A stretch of 63,372 bases of DNA, counting the filler. It is 14 parts of 14 records of this genome, joined end to end, with 100 filler letters (N's around TTAATTAATTAA, not from the genome) between each part and the next. Parts side by side here need not be neighbours in the genome. Positions count along the whole stretch, not along the records: positions 43,101 to 48,586 come from SRR15195285_1878; positions 48,687 to 54,230 come from SRR15195285_1880; positions 54,331 to 57,941 come from SRR15195285_1886; positions 58,042 to 63,372 come from SRR15195285_1889; 10 more parts are not named here. One strand, written 5' to 3'. Positions 48,561 to 63,372 of the stretch are shown here, in pieces. The notes beneath the pieces were generated by a model that saw only the letters and a program-made list of their open reading frames with translations, did no database searches and was not told where the DNA came from. Position 1 is the stretch's first letter; every line of letters begins with the position of its first letter. The translations under genes and the position numbers were made by a program.

Positions 48561-48586
48561 ACCGGGCAAAAGGCCTTTTGCCCGGT
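48561..48586. repeat. 26-bp perfect palindrome at contig end
   Basis: accgggcaaaagg|ccttttgcccggt. Confidence 0.9.
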
Positions 48587-48686
48587 NNNNNNNNNNNNNN
48601 NNNNNNNNNNNNNNNNNNNNNNNNNNNNNNTTAATTAATTAANNNNNNNNNNNNNNNNNNNNNNNNNNNNNNNNNNNNNNNNNNNN
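48587..48686. other. Artificial contig linker
   Basis: N44-TTAATTAATTAA-N44. Confidence 0.99.
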
Positions 48687-48890
48687 ACACTGGGGCCCAA
48701 AATTCTGCGGGGGGGGACCCACCGTACCCAGGTACGTGTTATCCTATATATCCCGATGCCCCTCGTGCATGAGCGAGGCGAGGGCGCGCGCGCGCGCGCG
48801 GCGTCGCGCGTCGTCCGCCCATGCGGCGGCCAGCGCTCGGCGCCGGCGGCTCGCGCGCGCTCTGTGCGTCTAGCTCCACGTAGTATTTCG

Positions 48891-53862
<4,972 letters not shown>

Positions 53863-54178
53863 GTGGCGTCGGCTCACCTCCAGCCCCGCTGACGGAGATG
53901 TCCCGCGCCGCTGGTACGCGTTGCTAGGCTCGCGCATAGGGGTCGAGCGTGATTAGTTGTGGCGTCTTAGCACAGCACGCGCGACGCAAATGCAAACATC
54001 ATGTATGCATCAAAACAATAACATTATACCCTGGTCTGCGTTCACACAAACCACGAACTGGTTAGGCCTGACAACTCATGCCTTACCTCAGCCAGCCACT
54101 AGGTGGGGCTCGCCGAGGTAACAACAGGGCAGCGGCAGCAAGGTCTTGGCCATCACCTGCGTGGTCAGCGGCAGCAAG

Positions 54179-54213
54179 CGGCGCCAGACACTCTCTGAGT
54201 GTGTCTGGCGCCG
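54179..54213. repeat. 13-bp inverted repeat near contig end
   Basis: cggcgccagacac pairs with gtgtctggcgccg across a 9-nt spacer; the stem extends to 15 bp if a duplicated GT is bulged out. Confidence 0.85.
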
Positions 54214-54230
54214 TGTTCAATCTGATACTT

Positions 54231-54330
54231 NNNNNNNNNNNNNNNNNNNNNNNNNNNNNNNNNNNNNNNNNNNNTTAATTAATTAANNNNNNNNNNNNNN
54301 NNNNNNNNNNNNNNNNNNNNNNNNNNNNNN
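54231..54330. other. Artificial contig linker
   Basis: N44-TTAATTAATTAA-N44. Confidence 0.99.
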
Positions 54331-54433
54331 GGTGAGCGCCTGCACCCACCGCAGCCGTTATAAGGCGCGGGTGTAGACACGAGCCCCCAACCTGGGTTCG
54401 AATGCATAGGGTTCATTCAAAGATTGTTCCAGC

Positions 54434-57400
54434 TCACGGGAGCGTGACAGTCGTCTCGCCGTTCTTCGTCAGCGCAAAGTTCTTTGTCTTGCACTCCCCA
54501 AGCTCTCCTGTCCTCGTGACCTCAACGTAGCGCAAGAAGATTTCTTCGCCGATGTTGCCCCGCACCACGATAGAAAGTGCCCCGGATGGCAGCACGTCGA
54601 ACGAACCAAATCGGTACACCGAGACCGCAGAGTATTTGTGCGCCTCTCCGATAAGGATGGCGCTGGCACCGTCAAGCCACGGGCTGAGGTTAATCTGCTG
54701 CGGCGCTGGGCTCGCCGAGGCATGGAATGGTACCGGCGCATTTGGCTCCACCCAGGTTGCACACTGCCCTGACACTGTTAGAGCTGCACTCCTGTCACGC
54801 TTGTCGGGAGCGACGGGTGCTCCGGCGCTGTAGACGTATTGTTTCGCAGCGAGCGAGTTCCCACTGCCAAGAAAGAAGGAGGCTGGCGGCTCGGCGAAGG
54901 GTTTGACAGTCTTCGTCTCAGCGTCCACCATCGGGAAAAGATCGGTCCCAGGCCACATGCTCTCAGGCATGGAAGGCTGTGGTGGCCCGGCCATAAAGCC
55001 CACCTCGCGGCTGCTCGAATGTCGTGTACCGTTGTTGCGTGTGCCTGTGATCAGGTAGCAGGTATTTGCCACGGGGTCTCGTACGTACGCGTCGCAGACA
55101 CTGCCAAAGCTATTCATAGCAAAGCAAGCGGCGCAGCATTCAGCGCGAGTCAAGTTGGCGATCTCCTTGATCATGTGGCCGCTCGTTTTGTCCGCGTTTG
55201 CCTGCCACCGACACTGCGGCTGCGCAACGATAGTGCGAAAAGATGTCCTGGATTCAGAGCTGCTGACAGTCTCGTCAATGAAGCCCACGGCCGTAAAGTG
55301 ACTCGCAATTGCGCGAGCTTTGCCTATGGTCGCGGCGATCGGCACAGACGTGTATGTGCTCCACACCGACCAGCCACCTTGTGAGTTTGGCAGCTTCTGT
55401 AGAGTCGACGCACTCGGCGTGATCGGGAAGCTTGGTTGGAGAAGGCTTCCGTTGAGCGAGATTGCGGCTTTGACGATGCTGACGTTGCTCGTGATAGTTG
55501 TGTTCGATGGCCAGACAGGCTTTGCCCATGGCCCTGGCAGCGTGGTCTCTGAGAGTGGGTCTGTGATGCCTACGGGGCCGAGGGAGAGCGTCGCCAGCAT
55601 CATCTGGAGCTCTTGAAAGCCATCGGGACTGCTTCTGCAGAATTGTTCGCACGATTTCACGCCCATGCGGCAACATGGCGGATCGCTGGCCGACAACGTC
55701 CTGGTCTTGATGTTATCTTTCGACCAACCTATTCCTACTATTGACGTCAAGAAACTGCCCATCGCAGCCGCTGAGACGCTGATCCCGCCGTCACCACTCA
55801 CGCGTGCGTTAGTAATCGCGCCCATTCCATCCACCGACGCCAGTATCTCCATCGGCGCTGTCATGCCTGAAAGCGAGGTATGCACTGTCAGACATGCTTG
55901 TGGTCGAGCAGTTGGTACAGGTACCATGCAATTACCAACTACTTGATGATCACACTACGTCTACGTCAGGGCTGAGTGCACTTACATGCCTGCATGGAGA
56001 GTCCAAGCTCGGCCAGGGCACCGGTTAGGCCCTTCAACCAGGTCAGCTTGACACCAAAGCGATGTGGAAAGAACTGTGTGATTCGTGCGCCTTGATCTGC
56101 CAAGTCGTCTTTGAAGAGCATCGTCATGCCCCATTCATCCCGCGCACGGCGCATGATGTCCAGGTAGAACTCCCGCGATCTGTCCGGGTGCAGCAGCGTG
56201 ACGGATTGGTCGCCTCTGCCGTAGTTGAGCGGCTTGGCCGTGCCTCGCCAAGGGCCGACGTCGACGAACGCATCGTGGAAAGGGGAAGAAGCATTGCGAC
56301 GCCAGACATTGTCGTGGCAAAGGTAGTAGATGTAGTAGACGAACTGCATGGGGGATTGGATCGCAGGATTCTGTAGCGCGCGCATCTTCGCCGGCCATCC
56401 TTCGCCGCTGACCGAACCGCCCGTCGGATAGAGTGTTCGATTCCACTTCGTCCAATCCTGACAGGAAAATAGAATCCAGTTGGTTCAGCATTCGGTTTCC
56501 ATCTCGGCAACTCGTAGGGAAAACTGTGAAGCGGCCTGCATTTATCTCACCTCAAAGCACCACCCGCCATGTGTCTTGCCAAATTCGTCAATGGAAGGGA
56601 CGCGACCAAAGGTGTTGTCGGACTCCCAACTGCCAAAGGCAATGCCTGCTTTCATGTACTCCTCGTGCAGCTTGAGAAAAAGCGGTCCGATCGGTCCCCA
56701 AATATCAATGTCGTTCCCACCCACACTCCAAAAGCTGTACCCGGCAGCATTATCGCTCCAGTAGGACAGGGTCTCGACGTTTGCGTCACGCAGTCGAGTG
56801 CTGTTGTGCTTGTTGCGCAGGATGCTGCCGAGAGCGCGTGCTGCTCGCTGCAACCCAGGGCGACCAAGCAGCAACGTCGACATCTGTACGCCCAAAGTGG
56901 GAACGATCGACAGCGCTGCCACGCCCGCTGCGAGCCAGCAGTCGTCGCTTTGACCCTCTTCGTCGCAGCGGTCACGGTAGGTTCCACTTGCCTTGCTAAC
57001 GAGCAGCTGGTTTGAGTCCCAGTGATCGAGCGCTGCCATCGCAACCACAGGCTCTGGCAGTGGTGCAGCCCCTTTCGTCGTGGCGTTGCTCTTGTGCCAC
57101 AACAGAACAGGTCCGCCAAAGCCTCCCGGTCTACCGTGCAGCGTCGCGTTCTCCGTGCCCGGCGGGTGCGACGCAGCCCAGGTACGGAGAGATGGAGCAG
57201 CCTCGCCCGTCACCATCGCGCCTCCTGAAGTCCAGCTCATTGCGCCCCAGGACGAGTCGACCTGCCGCGAGAACTGGAAGCGGGGCCAGGGCAGCAGGAC
57301 ACGCTTCTGCAGCCGCGAGAAGATGAAGGCGTCAGCTTGTGGGTAATACTGCACGGTGAGCGTGTTGCCCTCACTGCTTTGGCCTGGCTGCAGATGCACA

Positions 57401-57678
57401 GCCAACTGCTGATAGCCCCCGAGTGGCGAGTTGTCGTCGGCGTCGTCCGTCGCGTTGAAGCTGACCCCGTGCGCCGGGCCAATGCTGCCGGTGAGCGCCG
57501 GCGCGCCCGGAGCTGCGACCAACCGGTAGCCACCGCTGGCATCCATTTCAAAGGAGGAGCACGCGCTGCTGCCCCGAAGACAGGCATTGCGCCATACGAC
57601 GTCCGCTGCCGCGCAGCGGCCGGCGAGCATCAGCGTGGCCCAGCACGTGGCGGAGAGCACGCCAGCGCCGGGCGCCAT
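54434..57678 (-). CDS. Secreted uncharacterised glycoside-hydrolase-like protein with an inserted PAN/apple domain
   Basis: Signal peptide; three exons (introns about 56550-56458 and about 55985-55867). Motifs LSYWSDNAAGY, ARVSGD, IGWSKD, TLSLGPVGITD and G.LLQPS recall a TIM-barrel GH-like family; PAN-type ECCAAC...C......CYL. Confidence 0.65.
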
Positions 57679-57941
57679 CTGTTTGCGCTGCTCACGGGAG
57701 GAAACTCTCTTTCCTCGGCCGCGCGTGTGGCTTGTCCAGAAATTCGTCTACTATACTGTCGGCTAGCTACTACTATAGATCTCAATCTAGTGCTAGTATA
57801 GCGCACCCATTGGCAGTACCGCGTGGGAGCGACGCGCCACGCACCGGCGCGGTACGTATTATACTATACTAGTATACCGCGCGCATATACGCACAGACCC
57901 GCACTACGGTAGCGCAGCTACGATATACTCAGAATCCTGGC

Positions 57942-58041
57942 NNNNNNNNNNNNNNNNNNNNNNNNNNNNNNNNNNNNNNNNNNNNTTAATTAATTAANNN
58001 NNNNNNNNNNNNNNNNNNNNNNNNNNNNNNNNNNNNNNNNN
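57942..58041. other. Artificial contig linker
   Basis: N44-TTAATTAATTAA-N44. Confidence 0.99.
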
Positions 58042-58042
58042 T

Positions 58043-61000
58043 GCTTCAGCTCAGGCGAGCGCCACCCGCATTGCAGAACTGGAGAGTCGTGTTGAGCAAG
58101 CTGACGAAGTCGAGGAGGAATCAAGGGCACAGCGGGCTGAGCTGCGCCGCCTGCAAAATGCTGCTCTGCGCGAGTCTGCTGCTGCAGACGAAATGGCGGC
58201 GTTGGAAGAGCGGCTTCAAGAAGCGAATGCACGTGCTGCCACTGAACAACAAAGGCACAAAGCAAAAATCAGAGAAGACTCTGCATCCATTTCACAGTTG
58301 GAAGCAAACTTGGAGGAAGCAGAACGCGAGTTGGAGGCTGGACGTGCGAAGCTAAGCCGAACTGAGAAGAAGCACGCTGCGGCCATGGCTGCACAAGACG
58401 CTGAGTATCAGGATGCTGTCCAGGTTAAGGAAGGCGAGCACCAGCGGCAACGAGCACAGCTCGAGACTAAATGCAGTCAAGCGACAGAGCGAGCCGAGCA
58501 GTTAGAGCAGCTAGCCACAACTGCACAGCGCTCCAGTGACTCCAACGCGCAATTGCTAGCCAGCAGCAAGAGAGACTCTGCTGCATTGCAGACAAAATGT
58601 GAAGCGACGGAACAGAGGCTGGCAGACGCAGAAAGTCGGAATGCGGAGATGTCTATACTGCTTCGCGAGCAAGAAGATATTGCTCGGGCAGCACAGCAGA
58701 AGGCGCAGGCTGCCGAAGCCGATTCTGAACGGCTTCGACATCAAGCTGGACAGGAACAGTCTGCACAAGTTCAGGAGCTCGAGGATGCGCTGCGACAGGC
58801 GATTCAGCGTGCCGAACAAGCTCAGCAAGATGCCAGCTTGCAGCAACGTGAAGTCAAGCGGCAGGAAGACAGTCTACTACGACTGGAAGCGCTGCTAGTT
58901 GCGGAGAAGGAAAAACTAGGCGAGCTGGAGCGTCAAAGCCGAGCTAATGAGACCAGTCTTCAGACCCAACTGGAGCAGCACATGGCTCAGCTCGACGAGA
59001 AAGACAGCTCCATGCGGTCGACGGAAAGACGATTGGCTGAATTGGAAACCGTGCACAAACAGACGCTCTCTGAGCAAGAAGACTTGGTCGCAGATGCAGA
59101 GCGCAAAGTGGATACTGCTCGCGCAGAAGCCAGTCGCCTGCGCGAACAGGCTGGGCAGAATCAGGAGGAACAGGTCAAGGCCCTAGAAGACAGTCTTCGC
59201 GAAGCAGAGTTGCGGTCACAGCAGGCTGAAAGTGTGGCCAAGGCTGCAAAGCGTGAAAGCATGGAGTTTCAGCGTGAAAGCATGGAGTTTCAGTCCAAGC
59301 TGGCTGACAAAGTAGCCCAATTGCAGAGAGAACAGGCCGACCACGAAGAACAGCAGGACGAACTGGCGGCGAACAACAAAAAGCTGCTGCAACGACTAGA
59401 AGAATATGGTCAGTTACACGATCAGGTGCGGGCACAAGAGATATCGGTTGTTGATGTGCTCGCTCTTGAACAGCCAGCCAGCCCAGGATCTTCGTACCTC
59501 GATGAATACCGTCAGGCTCAGCTTCCCGGTGCACCCAAAAGACTTGACGGGTGGGTGCCACCGGTTAGAGAAGAACAGGCTCGAGAACTTGTTGCTGATG
59601 GGGGAGATTATTTAAGCGCATTCCAGCGCGAAGCAGGACCTGAGTCAGATGGTGGTGCAGATCAGCAGGACAGCAGCGACGACACGGACAGTGACGATTC
59701 AGGTCCCAACGAGCTTCCGCCTCCCCCTAGCGGCTCCGCTGCAGGGGGGCCAGCACCGGTCATAGACGTGCAGAGGGCTGAAATTTCAATCGCCAAGAGT
59801 CCGGACGGCTTCGGCTTGGAAATCGGTTCAAGCGGCGAAGTGGTACGGACAAAGCCTGGCGGTGTTGCTGAGGCTCACAACGTGCCGTGGCCCTCTCGAA
59901 TCGTGGAGATCAATCGGGTGCCAGTCAGTAGCAAGGGCGACATCATTGCTGCGCTGCAAACTGCACCTGATCCTGTACCGTTTGTATTCCTGTATGATCC
60001 GTCCGCCGTGAAAAGTCAACCAGTCTTAGATTTTGACCAGAAGAAAGCGAAAACGGCGATGCAGCAGAATCATGAGCCGGCGCATGAGCATGAGCACGAG
60101 CACGAGCACGAGCACGAACCGGAGCCCAAGCCGGTTGCGGTAGACCCGGTTGCTATAGATGCAGTGCTGGAGTTGGAAGAAAAGTCACCGGCGGGTCAGG
60201 AGGATGCGGCTGTGGAGGATGTAATTGCTACAACCTCCCGTGTGATGACAAAAACGCCGGCTGGCTTTGGGCTACGGATCGTCAATGACGGCGAGGTTCA
60301 GATGTGCACTCCAGGTGGAACCGCAGAGCGTAGCTTTGTACCGGTCCCAAGCAAGATAGTGGAATATGATGACGAGCCTGTTGCAACGAAAGAGCGAATA
60401 TTCGAGCTGATCAAGACCACACCGATGGGCTCCGACGTGAAATTTGTGTTTGCGGCGGATCCCCAAGTGATCGCTGCTGCAGATACCTCAGCACAAGGCG
60501 CAGCAGAATCAACGGAGTCTGCCGAAGCCCTCACCGAGCAACCTGTCGAGCAGCTCGAGCAGCCCGAACAGGACGCTCTTTTGAACCCGGCTGATATGTC
60601 CATTGACGAAATCCGCGATCGACTGAAGGCTGTGCAGGGGCGAGTGGCGGGTGCCGATCCAGAGGAAGGCGCCGCATTGATGGACGAGATCAACCTGCTG
60701 ACGGGAATTCTAGATGCGAAAAAGGCAGTGTCATCAGCTCTACCGTCAGCTGAGAGCGTCAGATACGAAGGCTTCATGAAGAAGCTCAGTCCGCAGAAGG
60801 GCAAAGGTTTCCAGACGCGGTATTTTGTCTTAGATAAGGGTGTTCTAACATACTATAAAGGCATGGAGCCGCAGGCATTGTTTAGCGAGCTCGACAAGGA
60901 CCAGAGCGGGTACCTAGATCACGAAGAGGTGGCCCAGCTCTGCAAAATGCTTGGCCGTAAAATGGGGAAAAAACAGGTCCAAGCAGCAATGGCAGACATG

Positions 61001-62988
61001 GACAACGATGGCAATGGCGAAGTTTCGTGGGAAGAGTTCGATGCATGGTGGCAGCTGAATGGTGGGAAGGCCCTGAAGAAAAATGCACCTGCAGGCGAGA
61101 TCGATTTAAAAAGATGCACAACCGCAAACGCCACGCTCACGAAGCAAGGTGGCCCGACAAAAATTGAGATTGAAACCGACAAGCGTACCGTAACATTGCA
61201 GGCAGGCCCTGGCGAAGACGCTGCTGGCAACATCATATCCGAAAAGTGGATGCAGGTGATCACGGCATCGCTGCCGGTGCCTGGCACACCCGAATACGAG
61301 ATAGCCGCCCAGGCCGTCGCAGCGGGACGAAAGGGAGCAAAGTCACCTGCAACGACACCAGCTTCGAGTGAGGCTGGCTCCAGCGTCAGTGGTGGTGACC
61401 CAGCCTTTGCCGATGAACCACCAGCAGGCCTTAGCAAAATCGAACGCCTCAAGTGGAAGAGAGCACAGAAAGAGCAACGGGAGGAAGGTAGTGCAGCAGC
61501 TTCGACAGCAGTTTCGGCGGAAGTAGACGATCACGGGGTGGCAGGCTCTTCTATGACATCATTGGTAGAAGGCAACGCCATGGATACTAGCGTCGTGGAC
61601 ACACCGTCAAAGAAGGCAGAGAAAGCGAGGCGGAAGCTTGAGCAGCAGAGGCAGTGGGAGCAGGAAAACCCTGAGGCTGCAGATATCTTGAGAAAGAAGA
61701 AGGGCGCGGCCGGTACAATCATTGACTCTCGCATCGAAGTTGCGTTGAGCCGCTTAGGCTTGCAGATGTATAAAGACGTGTTTGCCGCTCAAGCAATCAA
61801 CCTCGCTGATTTCGAACAGCTGGACACCGAAGGCATCGAACGGCTAATGTCAGATGCAGGGGTTGTCGAGCATGACCACCGCGAGCTGTTTCACGATTGG
61901 CTCCTTCTAGTTGCCCAGGGCCAGACGCAGGGCGCGAAGGCGTTGTACCCTTGGCCAACTGTTGGAGCCACTCCTGAACCCAGTGATTTGGAGTTTGCGA
62001 AGGGCGCCTCAATTGAGGTGCTGACAGAGGAGCCGGGCGGTGGCTGGTGGACTGGCGTCGTCAATGGAGCACCTCGGAAAGCCATTTTCCCGAACAATTA
62101 CGTGCGTGTTGTGCGTGAGCGTCAGCAAGCAAATGTCACGGCGATGCCGCAGTATAAAGGCTATCTATCGAAGATGTCACCGAAGAAAGGTGCCGGCTGG
62201 CAACGGCGGTGGTTTGTCTTGGAGCAGGGGAAGCTGATGTATTTCAAAGGGCTGAACGCAGAGGCAATGTTTGAAGACATTGACGCAGACCACTCGGGCT
62301 TCCTCGACGCCTCAGAGGTGCGCGCTGCTCTTGCACAGTGGCAGAAGACCCATGAAGTATGCGTAGATCGCGTCTACCATGTGCCCATGTGCACATACTT
62401 GCTGCTCTGACTGCCGTATCGCGATTTGCCGCTGTCGCTACAGGTTGCGGAGTTGTTCAAAAAGCTCGGCAAGAAGCTGAGCCCTTCCGCGGTTGACGAG
62501 GCGTTGGCACAGATGGATGCAGACGGCAACGGCGAGGTGTCATTCCCGGAATTCAAAGCCTGGTGGGAGAAGAACGGAGGTGCACCTAGTCAGACCAAAG
62601 CCATGCGATCTTCAGTAGTTGCGCAAAGGTACATCAGCCAACGTACGTGCTGTGTTTTTGTTGCCGGGTGTTACAGGCAAGGCGGCCAAGAAGTCGGAAA
62701 CGCCAGCAGGGGAGATTGATCTTGCAACCTGCAAGTCTATCCGAACGGAGGATGGAATTTTGTTCCTAGAGATCGAGGGGAGAACGTACGGTCGAATGCT
62801 CGCACCGCCACGCTCGAAGTTGCCATCGTAATTGCAATGGTTGTGTGAGTTGACGCCTGCGGTTTCGTGCATCGTGTGCGTCGGACAGATTTGAGCTGCT
62901 GGTAGCAGACACCGCGGGCAACGCAGACCCACTCAAGGCCGAACAATGGTGTACGATGTTGCGCAAATCCATGCCAGGAGCGCAGTAG
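58043..62988 (+). CDS. Multidomain scaffold: coiled coil - PDZ - PDZ - PH(EF-hand pair) - SAM-like - SH3 - PH(EF-hand pair); 5'-partial
   Basis: PDZ carboxylate loops K...GFGL twice; PH motif G.(M/L).K.....(F/W)Q.R(Y/W)FVL twice; four canonical EF loops; SAM-like L.RLGL..Y..VF...I; SH3 ALYP...DL.F.KG..I...GWW.G....FP.NYV. Introns 62318-62443, 62580-62676 and 62786-62888 complete the second PH domain, with the stop at 62988. Confidence 0.88.
59250..59291 (+). repeat. 21-bp exact in-frame tandem duplication (RESMEFQ x2)
   Basis: agcgtgaaagcatggagtttc occurs twice inside the coiled coil. Confidence 0.9.
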
Positions 62989-63372
62989 GCCGGTGGGAAG
63001 TCATCTCCCGGGGCTACATCACGTCTCCTAGCAGTGACATCAGTCAGCGCAATTCAAATCGATCAGCAGACGACTCCAATACGCGTCGGCTCCAGCGGCA
63101 GCGGCAGGATTGGTGGTACACCCGGCCTGGGCTGTGCCGTTGAGCCCTGCAAAGGGGTCGCCACCCACGCCCGAGCGACCACGCCCGAACGGCTCCACCG
63201 AGTCAATATGCTGATAATGATCATGCCTCGATGATGGTGAGGTAAGATGCCTGGCTTGGCTGTCAACAGCACAACGGGCGTTAAAGGCGCACGCTGGGTG
63301 TCATGCGAAGGTGAGGAATAAATACTCCCATAGGATTTGATGGTGTTTGGCACAGTGCGTGGCTTAGGGCGG

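Noticed and set aside
60070-60127. (HE)n/(EP)n tract as a metal-binding system
   Set aside because: A short low-complexity linker between PDZ domains, consistent with hexamer slippage; nothing else supports a function.
63034-63372. Possible last exon of a minus-strand gene at the window end
   Set aside because: An open frame exists but has no recognisable homology, so it cannot be supported.

Overview
This window is not one continuous locus. It is 14 short contigs (about 3-8 kb each) of a gene-dense, GC-rich, intron-containing eukaryotic genome, probably a marine heterotrophic protist; the lineage cannot be assigned from the sequence alone. The contigs are joined by 13 artificial 100-nt linkers (N44-TTAATTAATTAA-N44), so nothing can be inferred about gene neighbourhood across a linker. 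Every intron I traced is GT-AG, roughly 60-210 nt. Recognisable genes: a PLOD-type 2OG-Fe(II) oxygenase, sedolisin/TPP1, a DPP-IV-like S9 peptidase, a double beta-helix CAZyme, an EGF/FN3 extracellular protein, VWA8, a GH3 glycosidase, DUF924, USP5/UBP14, a PhyH dioxygenase, a PAN-EGF-propeller glycosidase, a voltage-gated cation channel, an ABCC transporter, an uncharacterised GH-like protein, two coiled-coil proteins and a PDZ/PH/EF-hand/SAM/SH3 scaffold. Most interesting: (1) a GH82 iota-carrageenase-like domain in a eukaryotic gene, fused to a second beta-helix; (2) two PH domains each split by an EF-hand pair; (3) a 224-aa segment inserted inside an EGF repeat; (4) a channel gene with an inverted segment and atypical pore residues; (5) a frameshifted histone H3 fragment next to a hairpin, one of several unrelated intergenic hairpins with a duplicated arm. 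Family calls come from motif recognition and recalled reference sequences, not from database searches. No rRNA, tRNA, CRISPR array or transposase was recognised.
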